Part shown: positions 9,676-18,611 of the stretch, piece after piece
How the letters are laid out: each line of letters begins with the position of its first letter
How positions within the stretch are numbered: position 1 is the first letter of the stretch
DNA from: Acidimicrobiia bacterium
GTDB lineage: Bacteria; Actinomycetota; Acidimicrobiia; Acidimicrobiales; JANYDT01
NCBI GenBank assembly: GCA_031383405.1
Contig: JANMZO010000022.1
Location: forward strand, 1,544-65,543
Length of the DNA stretch: 64,000 nt
Reading direction: 5' to 3'
Notes under the pieces: model-generated
Told to the model about the DNA's origin: nothing
Databases searched by the model: none
The model's input: only the letters and a program-made list of their open reading frames with translations
Translations under genes and position numbers: made by a program

Positions 9676-10983
9676 ATGACCGATGACCTGTTCAGCGCTG
9701 CGATGGTCGAGCGCCTCCAGCGGGAGGCGCCGTTGGCTGCACGCATGCGGCCGCGCACGCTCGACGATGTCGTTGGACAGGAGCACCTCCTCGACCGAGG
9801 TCGTCCTCTGCGTCGCCTGATCGAAGCTGACCGGTTGTCGAGCGTGATCCTGTGGGGCCCGCCCGGAACCGGCAAAACTACCCTCGCCTCGCTCATCGCG
9901 TCGGCAACGAGCAAGCGCTTCGTGTCGCAATCGGCGGTGACCGCGGGGGTGAAAGACGTCCGTGAGGCCGTGGAGTCCGCCCGTGACGAGCAGCGGATGA
10001 ACCAACGCGGGACCATCTTCTTCCTGGACGAGATTCACCGCTTCAACCGGACCCAACAGGACGCGCTGCTTCCGAGCGTGGAAGACGGCACGTTGGTCCT
10101 GATCGGCGCGACGACCGAGAACCCAAGTTTTTCCGTCAACGGACCACTCCTGAGCCGGAGCACCCTTTTTAAGCTACGCGCGCATACGGAAGTATCGCTA
10201 CGTACACTTATGGACCGCGCCCTCCTCCGTGAAGGGGGCGCAGCCGACGAAGACGCGGTCGCCCACCTCGTCAACATGGCCGACGGCGACGCCCGGTCGC
10301 TCCTAACCTCGCTCGAAGTGGCCATGGCTCTGGCTGATGATCCCGAACGCGGCGACGTTCGCAAGCTCATTACGCTGAACGACGCGGAGGCCGCGGTGGA
10401 TGCCCGGGTGCTGCGCTACGGCCCCGACGAGCACTACGACATCATAAGTGCGTTCATCAAATCGATGCGGGGCAGCGACCCCGATGCCGCGCTCTATTGG
10501 CTGGCGCGCATGCTGACAGCCGGGGAGGATCCCCGCTTCATCTCTCGTCGTCTGGTGATCTTCGCCAGCGAAGACGTCGGGATGGCCGACCCGCTCGCTC
10601 TTGTCGTGGCCGAAGCGGCGGCCCGGGCGGTCGAGTTCATCGGTATGCCTGAAGCCCAGCTCAACCTGGCCCAGGCGACCGTGCACCTTTCGACGGCCCC
10701 CAAGTCGAACCGCACAGCGCTGGGCATCTGGAGCGCGATGGCCGACGTGAAGGAGCGCAGCGCCGGCGCCGTCCCGATCCATCTCCGTGACGCGCACTAC
10801 GCCGGAGCGAAGAAGCTCGGGCACGGAAAGGGCTACCAGTATCCCCACGATGCCCCCGACGGGTGGGTCCAGCAGCAGTACCTACCCGATGACCTCATCG
10901 ATCGGCGCTACTACGAACCGTCGGCGCACGGCCACGAAGGGCGTGTCGCCGAGCGAATGCGGAACCGCGACCAACTTCCTTAA
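9676..10983 (+). CDS. rarA: replication-associated recombination protein A (AAA+ ATPase)
   Basis: 435 aa. Walker A is GPPGTGKTTLA and Walker B is FFLDEIHRFN. The MgsA C-terminal region contains YDIISAFIKSMRGSDPDAALYWLARM. Confidence 0.9.
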   Translation: MTDDLFSAAMVERLQREAPLAARMRPRTLDDVVGQEHLLDRGRPLRRLIEADRLSSVILWGPPGTGKTTLASLIASATSKRFVSQSAVTAGVKDVREAVESARDEQRMNQRGTIFFLDEIHRFNRTQQDALLPSVEDGTLVLIGATTENPSFSVNGPLLSRSTLFKLRAHTEVSLRTLMDRALLREGGAADEDAVAHLVNMADGDARSLLTSLEVAMALADDPERGDVRKLITLNDAEAAVDARVLRYGPDEHYDIISAFIKSMRGSDPDAALYWLARMLTAGEDPRFISRRLVIFASEDVGMADPLALVVAEAAARAVEFIGMPEAQLNLAQATVHLSTAPKSNRTALGIWSAMADVKERSAGAVPIHLRDAHYAGAKKLGHGKGYQYPHDAPDGWVQQQYLPDDLIDRRYYEPSAHGHEGRVAERMRNRDQLP

Positions 10984-10991
10984 GAAGGGTC

Positions 10992-11411
10992 ATGACCTCA
11001 GCGTTGACGGCAGAAACCACGCGGCCGACCGCCGCCGCCTACGCTTTTACCTGTATGAGTCTCGTTACCTGGATGGCGATGGCCGGAGTACTGGTACTGG
11101 CCGTGGCCCTGGTCGTGCTGTTCAGGGCCGTTTCCGTGCTGGGTCAAGCCATCGACAACCTGACCAGAGAAGTGTCCCAGCTCCGCGATCAGACGCTTCC
11201 CGCGCTCCACGAGGCCAGGCGGGCTCTGAAAAGCGTCGAAGGTCAGGCGGCCAAGGCGGATGCGCTACTCGACGTGGCCACTTCGCTGACGGCAACGGCC
11301 GACAATGCGTCGAAGCTTGCCCATCGTCTGGTGACCAACCCGTTCATAAAAGTGTTTGCGTTCTTCGCCGGCACCAGGCGGGCTGCGTCGAAGCTGCGCG
11401 ACAACGGCTGA
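10992..11411 (+). CDS. DUF948-like membrane protein
   Basis: 139 aa. A single N-terminal TM helix is followed by a coiled-coil-like region (LTREVSQLRDQTLPALHEARRALKSVEGQAAKADALL). Confidence 0.55.
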   Translation: MTSALTAETTRPTAAAYAFTCMSLVTWMAMAGVLVLAVALVVLFRAVSVLGQAIDNLTREVSQLRDQTLPALHEARRALKSVEGQAAKADALLDVATSLTATADNASKLAHRLVTNPFIKVFAFFAGTRRAASKLRDNG

Positions 11412-11450
11412 ACCGCTGCGGGCACGCACCGGCCCGACACACGGCGCTGA

Positions 11451-11574
11451 GAAATGTGGACATGAACGGTTGGCCGCAGGTTTGTGTCCACGTTTCGACA
11501 TGTATGTGGTGCGAAATGTGGACATGACCGGTTGGCCGCAGGTTTGTGTCCACGTTTCGACATGTATGTGGTGC
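11451..11574 (+). repeat. 62-bp tandem duplication (2 copies, 1 mismatch) carrying GTGGACA / TGTCCAC arms
   Basis: Copy 1 is 11451-11512 and copy 2 is 11513-11574; they differ only at 11466 versus 11528 (a/c). The unit is gaaatgtggacatgaMcggttggccgcaggtttgtgtccacgtttcgacatgtatgtggtgc. Confidence 0.95.
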
Positions 11575-11641
11575 GACCACCGGAACTCGCCGACTCGGCG
11601 CAAGACGCGACGTGTGGTGCGTGAGATGCCACACTGGTGGG

Positions 11642-11914
11642 GTGATCAAGCGAATCGTCTGGTGGACCGCCGGAGCGCTGATGGGCGCAGGGGGTTCGAC
11701 CTATCTGCAAATCAAGTTCCGCAAGGCGGTCCAGGCCAAGGTGGCGAAGTATGCCCCGCCGAACATGGTCGCTGTGGCGGCCGACAGGGCCAAAGGCTTC
11801 AGGTCACGGGTGGGCTCCGCCGTTTCGGAGGGAAGATCGGCGATGGTCCAACGGGAGACTGAACTGCGCAACCGGGTCGCAACCCGCTCCGCTGCCGCGA
11901 AGCGCCCGAGATAA
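11642..11914 (+). CDS. small hypothetical membrane protein upstream of alaS
   Basis: The GTG at 11642 gives VIKRIVWWTAGALMGAGGSTYLQIKF..., one TM helix plus a basic tail. The longer ORF from 11546 would start inside the repeat element. Confidence 0.45.
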   Translation: MIKRIVWWTAGALMGAGGSTYLQIKFRKAVQAKVAKYAPPNMVAVAADRAKGFRSRVGSAVSEGRSAMVQRETELRNRVATRSAAAKRPR

Positions 11915-11959
11915 ACCCCGCTCCGAAGGACCGGGGACGGCCGGTAGGCTGGCACCACC

Positions 11960-14605
11960 ATGTCTTCGACCCTGCCAGCGAACACCGCTCCACTGCACAA
12001 CCCGGCTCCACCGAAGTCCTCCGACGAGGTCAGACGCTCCTTTCTGGAGTACTTCATCGCGAACGGTCACACTGAGGTCGAGTCGGCCAGTTTGATCCCG
12101 CACGACCCGACGATTCTTTTCAACGTCGCTGGCATGGTGCCGTTCAAGAGCTACTTCACCGGCGACGAAACCGCCCCGTTCAAGCGGGCGGCCACGTCCC
12201 AGAAGTGCGCTCGTGCAGGTGGCAAGCACAACGACCTCGACGACGTCGGGCGCACCGCTCGCCACCTCGTGTTCTTCGAAATGCTCGGCAACTTCAGCTT
12301 CGGCGACTACTTCAAACGCGACGCAATCACCTTCGCGTGGGAGTTCGTGACGAAGGTGCTGCAGTTCGACCCGGCGAAGCTGTGGGTGACGGTGCACGAG
12401 TCCGACGACGAGGCGGAGCGCCTGTGGCAGGAACTCACGCCCATGCCCCTGCAACGCATCCAGCGGCTGGGCGACAAGGACAACTTCTGGCAGATGGGTC
12501 CCGTCGGACCCTGCGGTCCGTGCTCAGAGATCTTTTACGACCGCGGTCCGGAATACGGCCCCGAGGGCGGCCCACTCAACCCGGAGTCCGACGCCCGCTA
12601 CATCGAGTTCTGGAATCTGGTCTTCATGCAGTTTGCGCAGGCCGAGGATGGATCCCGCACCCCGCTCCCGAAGCCGTCGATCGACACCGGTGCAGGTCTC
12701 GAGCGAATCCTGTGCCTGCTGCAGGGCGTCGAAGCTGTCTGGGAAACCGATCTTATGGCTCCGATCATCAACAGGGCCCGCGAGCTCACCGGAGCCACCT
12801 ACATCGTCGGCGACTACAACGACCCAGACTCGTTCTCGCTGCGTGTCCTGGCCGAGCATGCCCGTTCGGGAGCGATGCTCATCTCCGACGACGTCTTTCC
12901 GTCAAACACCGGCCGCGGCTATGTGCTCGCCCGGATCCTTCGCCGGGCGATACGCCACGCCTACCGCCTCGGCGTCACGAAGCCGATACTCGGGGATCTG
13001 ATGACCATCGCGATCGATGTCATGGGGGGTGCCTACCCGCGGGTGCTCGAGCGCAAGATGCACATTCTCAACGTCGTCAACCGTGAAGAGGAGGGGTTCC
13101 GTCGTACCCTGGAGCGGGGCTCGATACGGCTCGATGACGAGATCCGGTCGTTGGAACAAGACCAGGAGCTGAGCGGCGACACGGCCTTCGAGTTGCATGA
13201 CACGTTCGGCTTCCAACTGGAACTTACCCGGGAGATTGCCGCGGAGCGCGGCGTCAACGTCGACGAAGTGCGCTTCAACGTGCTCATGACGGAGCAGCGC
13301 GACCGGGCGCGTGCGGCCCGAAAGGATTCGTCGACACCCGAGGAGTTGTCGAGGCTGTACCGCGAGATACAAGACGAAAACGGCACGACAACCTTCGTCG
13401 GCTACGAACACGACGAGGTTGTTGATGCCAAGGTCATCGGTGTCGTGGAGACTGACGGGGGGGTTGAGGTTTTCCTCAACCGCACACCGTTCTACGCTGA
13501 ATCCGGTGGACAGATCGGCGACACCGGGACCATCGTCACCGCCACGGGCAAGTTGGAGGTGACCGACACCACGTATGCAGTTCCGGGCCTGGTCCGTCAC
13601 GTGGGCACGCTGGTGAGCGGCGAGGTGGTAGTCGGTGACATCGCTCATGCTGCGATTGACGTGGCCAAACGTGACGCGACCCGTCGCAACCACACCGGAA
13701 CCCACCTTCTGCACTGGGGTCTGAGGCAGGTGCTCGGCGATCACGTGAAGCAGGCCGGCTCGCTGGTCGGACCCGATCGTCTCCGGTTCGACTTCTCCCA
13801 CTACGAGTCGGTGACGCCGGATCAGGTTCGGACGATCGAGGATCTTGTCAACGCGGCTGTGTTGGCCGGTACCGACACGTTGAATGCCGAAGTTACCAAG
13901 ACCGAAGCGGAAGCGATGGGCGCTATTGCGTTCTTCGGCGACAAGTACGGTGAAAGAGTACGCGTACTCAGGGCTGGCCCGTCGTTGGAATTCTGCGGTG
14001 GAACCCACGTGCACAACATCGGTCAGATCGGCGCGGTGAAGATCACCGGCGAAAGCTCGATCGGCTCGAACCTTCGTCGCATTGAGGCCACGACCGGTTT
14101 GCGGACTCTGGAGCGGTTGCGCTCGGGCGAATCGATGTTGGCCGGTGCAGCCGGCATACTGCGCGTAAAACCCGACGAAGTGGCCGACCGTGTCGCTCGC
14201 CTGCTCGATGAGCGGAAGGTGCTCGAGAAGGAGATCGAGCAGCTGAAGCGGGCCGCCGCTGGGGCTGGAATCGGGTCGCTCATCGCGGGTGCGGTCAACG
14301 GGATTGTCGTGGCTCGGGTGGAAGATGCCGACCGGGATTCGCTGAAGGATCTCGCTCTGGCGATCCGCGACTCGGCCGGTATCCGGGGCGTGGTTCTCGG
14401 TTCGGCTCCCGCCTCGGGTGGCGTCGCATTGGTGAGTGCGGTTCGGAAAGACTCGGGTCTCCATGCCAGCGATCTGATCACCGAGGCGGCGAAGCTCGTG
14501 CAGGGGGGCGGCGGTAAGTCACCTGAGCTCGCCATCGCCGGAGGGCGGAAGCCCGAAGCTCTCGACGCCGCCCTTGCCGCGGCCCGTATCGCCGCCGGTA
14601 TCTGA
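11960..14605 (+). CDS. alaS: alanine--tRNA ligase
   Basis: 881 aa. It has FFEMLGNFSFGDYFK, an editing-domain HxxxH (HTGTHLLH) and a C-terminal DHHA1-like region. Confidence 0.97.
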   Translation: MSSTLPANTAPLHNPAPPKSSDEVRRSFLEYFIANGHTEVESASLIPHDPTILFNVAGMVPFKSYFTGDETAPFKRAATSQKCARAGGKHNDLDDVGRTARHLVFFEMLGNFSFGDYFKRDAITFAWEFVTKVLQFDPAKLWVTVHESDDEAERLWQELTPMPLQRIQRLGDKDNFWQMGPVGPCGPCSEIFYDRGPEYGPEGGPLNPESDARYIEFWNLVFMQFAQAEDGSRTPLPKPSIDTGAGLERILCLLQGVEAVWETDLMAPIINRARELTGATYIVGDYNDPDSFSLRVLAEHARSGAMLISDDVFPSNTGRGYVLARILRRAIRHAYRLGVTKPILGDLMTIAIDVMGGAYPRVLERKMHILNVVNREEEGFRRTLERGSIRLDDEIRSLEQDQELSGDTAFELHDTFGFQLELTREIAAERGVNVDEVRFNVLMTEQRDRARAARKDSSTPEELSRLYREIQDENGTTTFVGYEHDEVVDAKVIGVVETDGGVEVFLNRTPFYAESGGQIGDTGTIVTATGKLEVTDTTYAVPGLVRHVGTLVSGEVVVGDIAHAAIDVAKRDATRRNHTGTHLLHWGLRQVLGDHVKQAGSLVGPDRLRFDFSHYESVTPDQVRTIEDLVNAAVLAGTDTLNAEVTKTEAEAMGAIAFFGDKYGERVRVLRAGPSLEFCGGTHVHNIGQIGAVKITGESSIGSNLRRIEATTGLRTLERLRSGESMLAGAAGILRVKPDEVADRVARLLDERKVLEKEIEQLKRAAAGAGIGSLIAGAVNGIVVARVEDADRDSLKDLALAIRDSAGIRGVVLGSAPASGGVALVSAVRKDSGLHASDLITEAAKLVQGGGGKSPELAIAGGRKPEALDAALAAARIAAGI

Positions 14606-14700
14606 CCGCCCATCGGCCGTGTGGGTGCACCTTTCGGCCCTCCCGGGAGAAAAGTGAACCCACACAACGGGTTCGCACGACTCACCGGTACTCTGGAGAC

Positions 14701-15993
14701 ATGCCCGGTCCAGTCCCACAGCATGGATTTGCCACGCGCTCGATCCACGCGGGAGCGAGGCCTGATCCGATTACCGGTTCGCGGGCCACGCCGATCCACC
14801 AGACCACCGCTTTCGTGTTCGAAGACGCGTCCGACGCGGCGACGCTTTTCGCGCTCCAGAAGTACGGTGACATCTACACGCGGCTGAGCAATCCGACGGT
14901 GGCTGTGTTCGAGGAACGAATGGCATCTCTCGAGGGTGGGATCGGGGCGGTGGCGACGTCGTCGGGGCAGGCGGCCGAGTTGCTGACCTTCGCAGCACTC
15001 GCCGGGTCCGGCGACCACATAGTGGCCAGCGCACATCTCTACGGCGGAACGCGTACGCTCCTCGAAAGCACCCTCGCCCGCTTCGGCGTCCAGACGACGT
15101 TCATTGCGAGCGACGATCCGGCGGCGTTCGCGGAAGCGGTCATGCCGAACACGAAGGCCCTCTATGCCGAGGTGGTTGCGAATCCGAGCGGCTCGGTCGC
15201 TGACCTTGAGGGACTCGCCGCTGTCGCCCACGCCAACGATGTTCCGCTTGTCGTCGATGCCACGTGCGCCACTCCGTACCTCTGTCGGCCGATCGAGTTC
15301 GGTGCCGACATCGTGGTGCACTCGGCTACGAAGTTTCTCGGTGGACACGGGACTTCGCTCGGCGGGGTGGTCATCGAAAGCGGCACGTTCCCCTGGGACA
15401 ACGGCCGTTTCCCGCTGATGACCGCACCCACACCGTCCTATGGGGGCATTAGCTGGACGGGAAACTTCGGCGAGTACGGGTGGCTGACCCGTCTGCGCGC
15501 AGAACAATTGCGCGATACAGGTGCAACCCTGGCCCCGTTCAACGCGTTCCTGTTCCTGCAGGGTCTCGAAACGCTTCCGTTGCGCATGCGGGCGCATGTC
15601 GAAAACGCCCAGGCCGTCGCCCAGTTCCTCGACACCCATCCGCTGGTTTCCTGGGTCCGTTATGCGGGCTTATCAAACCACCCGCACCGGGAACGGGCCC
15701 GGAAGTATCTGCCGAAGGGGCCCGGAGCGGTACTTGCGTTCGGAGTGAAAGGCGGCCGCGAAGCCGGTAAGCGATTCATTGACGCCGTCGAGCTCTGCTC
15801 CCACGTTGCGAACATCGGCGACGCCCGCACGCTCGTGATCCATCCGGCTTCGACCACCCACGCGCAACTCGACAGCGCCGCGCTCGCTGCGGCGGGGGTG
15901 GAAGATGATCTGGTGAGGGTGAGCGTCGGGATCGAAGACGTCGATGACATCTGCGCCGATCTCCAGCAGGCACTTGTCAAGGCAGCACGATGA
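14701..15993 (+). CDS. metY: O-acetylhomoserine sulfhydrylase / aminocarboxypropyltransferase (PLP-dependent)
   Basis: 430 aa of the Cys/Met-metabolism PLP family. The PLP lysine context is HSATKFLGGHG and the C-terminus contains RVSVGIEDVDD. Confidence 0.9.
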   Translation: MPGPVPQHGFATRSIHAGARPDPITGSRATPIHQTTAFVFEDASDAATLFALQKYGDIYTRLSNPTVAVFEERMASLEGGIGAVATSSGQAAELLTFAALAGSGDHIVASAHLYGGTRTLLESTLARFGVQTTFIASDDPAAFAEAVMPNTKALYAEVVANPSGSVADLEGLAAVAHANDVPLVVDATCATPYLCRPIEFGADIVVHSATKFLGGHGTSLGGVVIESGTFPWDNGRFPLMTAPTPSYGGISWTGNFGEYGWLTRLRAEQLRDTGATLAPFNAFLFLQGLETLPLRMRAHVENAQAVAQFLDTHPLVSWVRYAGLSNHPHRERARKYLPKGPGAVLAFGVKGGREAGKRFIDAVELCSHVANIGDARTLVIHPASTTHAQLDSAALAAAGVEDDLVRVSVGIEDVDDICADLQQALVKAAR

Positions 15994-16469
15994 ACTTCCC
16001 TCAAGCGTCACCTGCCGCCATCCTGAGTGTGCTCCGGTCAACGAAAACCGTGGCCCTGGTCGGGTCTTCGGCCAAGGCTTGGCGCGCATCGTATTTTGTC
16101 GCGACGTATCTACGGGCCGATGCCCGCGAATACACTGTGTGGTACGTGAACCCGGGAGTGACCGAAATCCTCGGACAGCGGGTGTATCCCTCGGTAGGCG
16201 ATCTTCCCGGTGTGCCCGACCTGATCGATGTCTTCCGTAGCGCAGAAGACCTTCCGGCGGTGACCGACGAGGCGATACGCATCGGAGCCAAGAGCCTCTG
16301 GTTCCAGCTCGGACTCCGTTGCGATGGGGCCGCGATCCGAGCCGAAGCCGCCGGTCTGGCTGTCGTGCAGGACCGTTGTCTGAAGGTCGAGCACGCCCGT
16401 TACGGGGGCGGGCTGCACAAGGCCGGGTTCGACACGGGTGTGATCTCATCGCGCCGAGCCTTCAGGTGA
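15990..16469 (+). CDS. CoA-binding domain protein (YccU/YneT-like)
   Basis: 159 aa with TVALVGSSAKAWRASYFV and IDVFR motifs. It overlaps metY by ATGA. Confidence 0.75.
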   Translation: MNFPQASPAAILSVLRSTKTVALVGSSAKAWRASYFVATYLRADAREYTVWYVNPGVTEILGQRVYPSVGDLPGVPDLIDVFRSAEDLPAVTDEAIRIGAKSLWFQLGLRCDGAAIRAEAAGLAVVQDRCLKVEHARYGGGLHKAGFDTGVISSRRAFR

Positions 16470-16566
16470 TTCCTACCCTGGGTTCCGGGTGTGGGTTCTG
16501 ACCAAAAAACCGCACAGGGTTTGCGACGCGTCACGGCCGCGGAAGCGGCCGATCTACGATCGGTGT

Positions 16567-17109
16567 ATGGCTCGAGCGCTCGGCATCGACCTCGGGAGCA
16601 AACGTATCGGCGTGGCCTCGAGTGACACCACCCGTACGCTCGCGAGTCCCGTGGCCGTGGTGCAGCGCCGGGGATCGCGAAGCGCTGACCACAAGGCGAT
16701 CTCCGAGATCATTTCCGAGTACGAACCTGACGTGATCGTTGTCGGCCTTCCGCTGTCCTTGAACGGCTCAGAGAGCCATGCCGCTGCACTTGTGCGGGCG
16801 GAGATCACCGAAATGGAAAAGGTGTTCACGGTTCCGATCGTTGCGCACGATGAACGGTTCTCGACGGCAACGGCCCACGCCTCGATGATGGAGCGCAAAA
16901 TGAATGCCCAAGCGCGACGCAAGGTCGTCGACAAGGTGGCCGCAGCGGTTATGCTCCAGAGCTGGCTCGATAGCGAGGCCCACCGTCGAAACCACTTGTC
17001 CGACCGGGTACACAAACCCGACCAGACCCGGTCAACTTCTCAATCCACCGATCAGTTCAATGACCTCCATGCCGAATTGGCCGCCAACCCGAAAGCGGTA
17101 CTTCCATGA
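16567..17109 (+). CDS. ruvX: Holliday junction resolvase-like protein RuvX/YqgF
   Basis: The ATG at 16567 gives MARALGIDLGSKRIGVASSD, the canonical YqgF N-terminus. There is a roughly 40-aa C-terminal tail. Confidence 0.85.
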   Translation: MARALGIDLGSKRIGVASSDTTRTLASPVAVVQRRGSRSADHKAISEIISEYEPDVIVVGLPLSLNGSESHAAALVRAEITEMEKVFTVPIVAHDERFSTATAHASMMERKMNAQARRKVVDKVAAAVMLQSWLDSEAHRRNHLSDRVHKPDQTRSTSQSTDQFNDLHAELAANPKAVLP

Positions 17110-18611
17110 GTGACGTGTCCCCGGACAGTGACTGGAGTCGCGGCGCCGATGATGTCTGGGAAAGCGACTCGGCCTGGGAGGCGGAGGGTGACTGGGGCCA
17201 GGCTTCATCCCGGTTTTCCCGCAATGACGAAGGCCTCGAACGAGGATGGGTCGACGACGGCGCCTCCGCACGCACGACCTCCGCCTCCGCCTCCTCCGGG
17301 TCGCAGGGCAACCACTCGCTCGATCCCGTGGAATCGCAACCGACTCCCGTGCCGACGCGGCCCTCATCACGACCGTTGGCGGCAGTTCCGTCGTCGGTCG
17401 CGGCCGCCCCGGCGCTGCCCGCAGCACCGGGCCCGGCCTCTCCCGTTCCAATCGTGCCGCGCGCTGCCGTGACCCCTCCGCTAACGAAAATCACCAGGTC
17501 GTCGCGCCGGGCGCGCCGCAACCATGACACCTTCGACACCTTTGACACCTTCGACGATGACGAGGACGAGGAGGCTTTCCCTCAGCCTCGACGCTGGCGT
17601 GGTTTTCTCGGCTTCCTGCTCGTGCTCGTGATATTGGCAGGTGGGCTGCTGTTCACACTGCAGTGGTACCGAAGCCAGGTCACGCCGTCGGGCACACAGG
17701 GTCCGGCTGTCTCGATCACCATTCCCAGCAATACCTCAACTTCTCGGATCGGCCAGATCCTCCATGAGAACAAGGTGATCGGCAACCCCACCCTCTTCCG
17801 GTTCTATGCCCAGTACAAGGGTAAGGGTGGCTTCGAGGCCGGACGCTACAAGTTTCCTACCAACGCGTCCTTCGACGCCACGCTGGCCATTCTTGCGAAG
17901 GGAGCGGCGGTTCCGGAGCAGAACCGGGTCACGATCCCTGAAGGCTTCCGGATAGAGCAGATCGCCGATCGGGTGGCTGCGAAGTTGCCCGGCCGAACAC
18001 GTGACGGCTTCATCGAAGCGGCTACCTCCGGAAAGATCCGCTCGTCGTTCTCACCCTCAAGCGCAACGACCCTCGAAGGCTTCCTGTTCCCTGAGACGTA
18101 CACCTTCACGCTCGAAGAAGATGAGTCGACCGTGGTCACCCGAATGGTGGAGACTTTCGATCAGATCGCGGATGAAGTTGGGTTGAGCCGATCGCAGGAA
18201 AAAGTCGGCCTGACTCCGTACGAAACGGTAGTTCTCGCGTCACTGATCGAACGTGAAGCGAAGATCGACTCCGATCGGGCCAAGATCTCCCGGGTGATAT
18301 TCAACCGGCTGAAAGCCGAGACCCCCCTGCAGATCGATGCAACGCTGGTCTACGCCCTCGGCGGGGTCGACCGGGTGTTGCTCGACGACCTGAAGAAGGA
18401 CGGCCCCTACAACACCTACACACGTAAGGGGCTTCCGCCCACGCCGATCGCTTCGCCGGGCAAAGCGTCGCTCATCGCGGCGTTGAATCCGGAGAAGGGC
18501 GACTGGCTGTACTACGTCGTCACCGGCACCGATGGTTCGCATTCGTTCGCGACGACGTTCAAAGAACACAAGGCGAACATCCGACTGGCAAAGGAACGTG
18601 GCCTGCGGTGA
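17106..18611 (+). CDS. mltG: endolytic murein transglycosylase MltG (YceG-like) with a long disordered N-terminus
   Basis: 501 aa. It has a TM helix (FLGFLLVLVILAGGLLF) and a YceG domain (LASLIEREA...RVIFNRL...LQIDATLVYA...YNTYTRKGLPPTPIASPG). It overlaps ruvX by ATGA. Confidence 0.85.
   Translation: MSDVSPDSDWSRGADDVWESDSAWEAEGDWGQASSRFSRNDEGLERGWVDDGASARTTSASASSGSQGNHSLDPVESQPTPVPTRPSSRPLAAVPSSVAAAPALPAAPGPASPVPIVPRAAVTPPLTKITRSSRRARRNHDTFDTFDTFDDDEDEEAFPQPRRWRGFLGFLLVLVILAGGLLFTLQWYRSQVTPSGTQGPAVSITIPSNTSTSRIGQILHENKVIGNPTLFRFYAQYKGKGGFEAGRYKFPTNASFDATLAILAKGAAVPEQNRVTIPEGFRIEQIADRVAAKLPGRTRDGFIEAATSGKIRSSFSPSSATTLEGFLFPETYTFTLEEDESTVVTRMVETFDQIADEVGLSRSQEKVGLTPYETVVLASLIEREAKIDSDRAKISRVIFNRLKAETPLQIDATLVYALGGVDRVLLDDLKKDGPYNTYTRKGLPPTPIASPGKASLIAALNPEKGDWLYYVVTGTDGSHSFATTFKEHKANIRLAKERGLR
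17526..17555 (+). repeat. 9-bp tandem repeat x3.3 (gacaccttc), in frame (DTF x3)
   Basis: Read directly from the sequence, inside the acidic cytoplasmic tail of MltG. Confidence 0.9.

Noticed and set aside
11451-11574. Whether the clustered DnaA-box-like words mark the replication origin.
   Set aside because: There is no dnaA, dnaN, AT-rich unwinding element or gene-orientation switch nearby. There are only two to four boxes, and all are part of one repeat unit. A regulatory or titration role remains possible and is listed as a low-interest hypothesis.
14606-14700. Possible SAM or T-box leader upstream of metY and downstream of alaS.
   Set aside because: There is no recognisable riboswitch core or specifier/T-box sequence, and the spacer is too short (95 nt) for those families.
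12902-15639. Long antisense ORFs (520 aa at 12902-14464 and 538 aa at 14023-15639, both minus strand) opposite alaS and metY. Similar ones lie opposite pyrD/pyrF (45948-47387), mihF/gmk (47668-48684), carB (42640-43902) and pbpC (28627-29592).
   Set aside because: Their translations are Arg/Gly/Pro/Ala-rich with no motifs, and they lie opposite strongly conserved housekeeping genes. This is the typical stop-codon-poor antisense frame of high-GC DNA.
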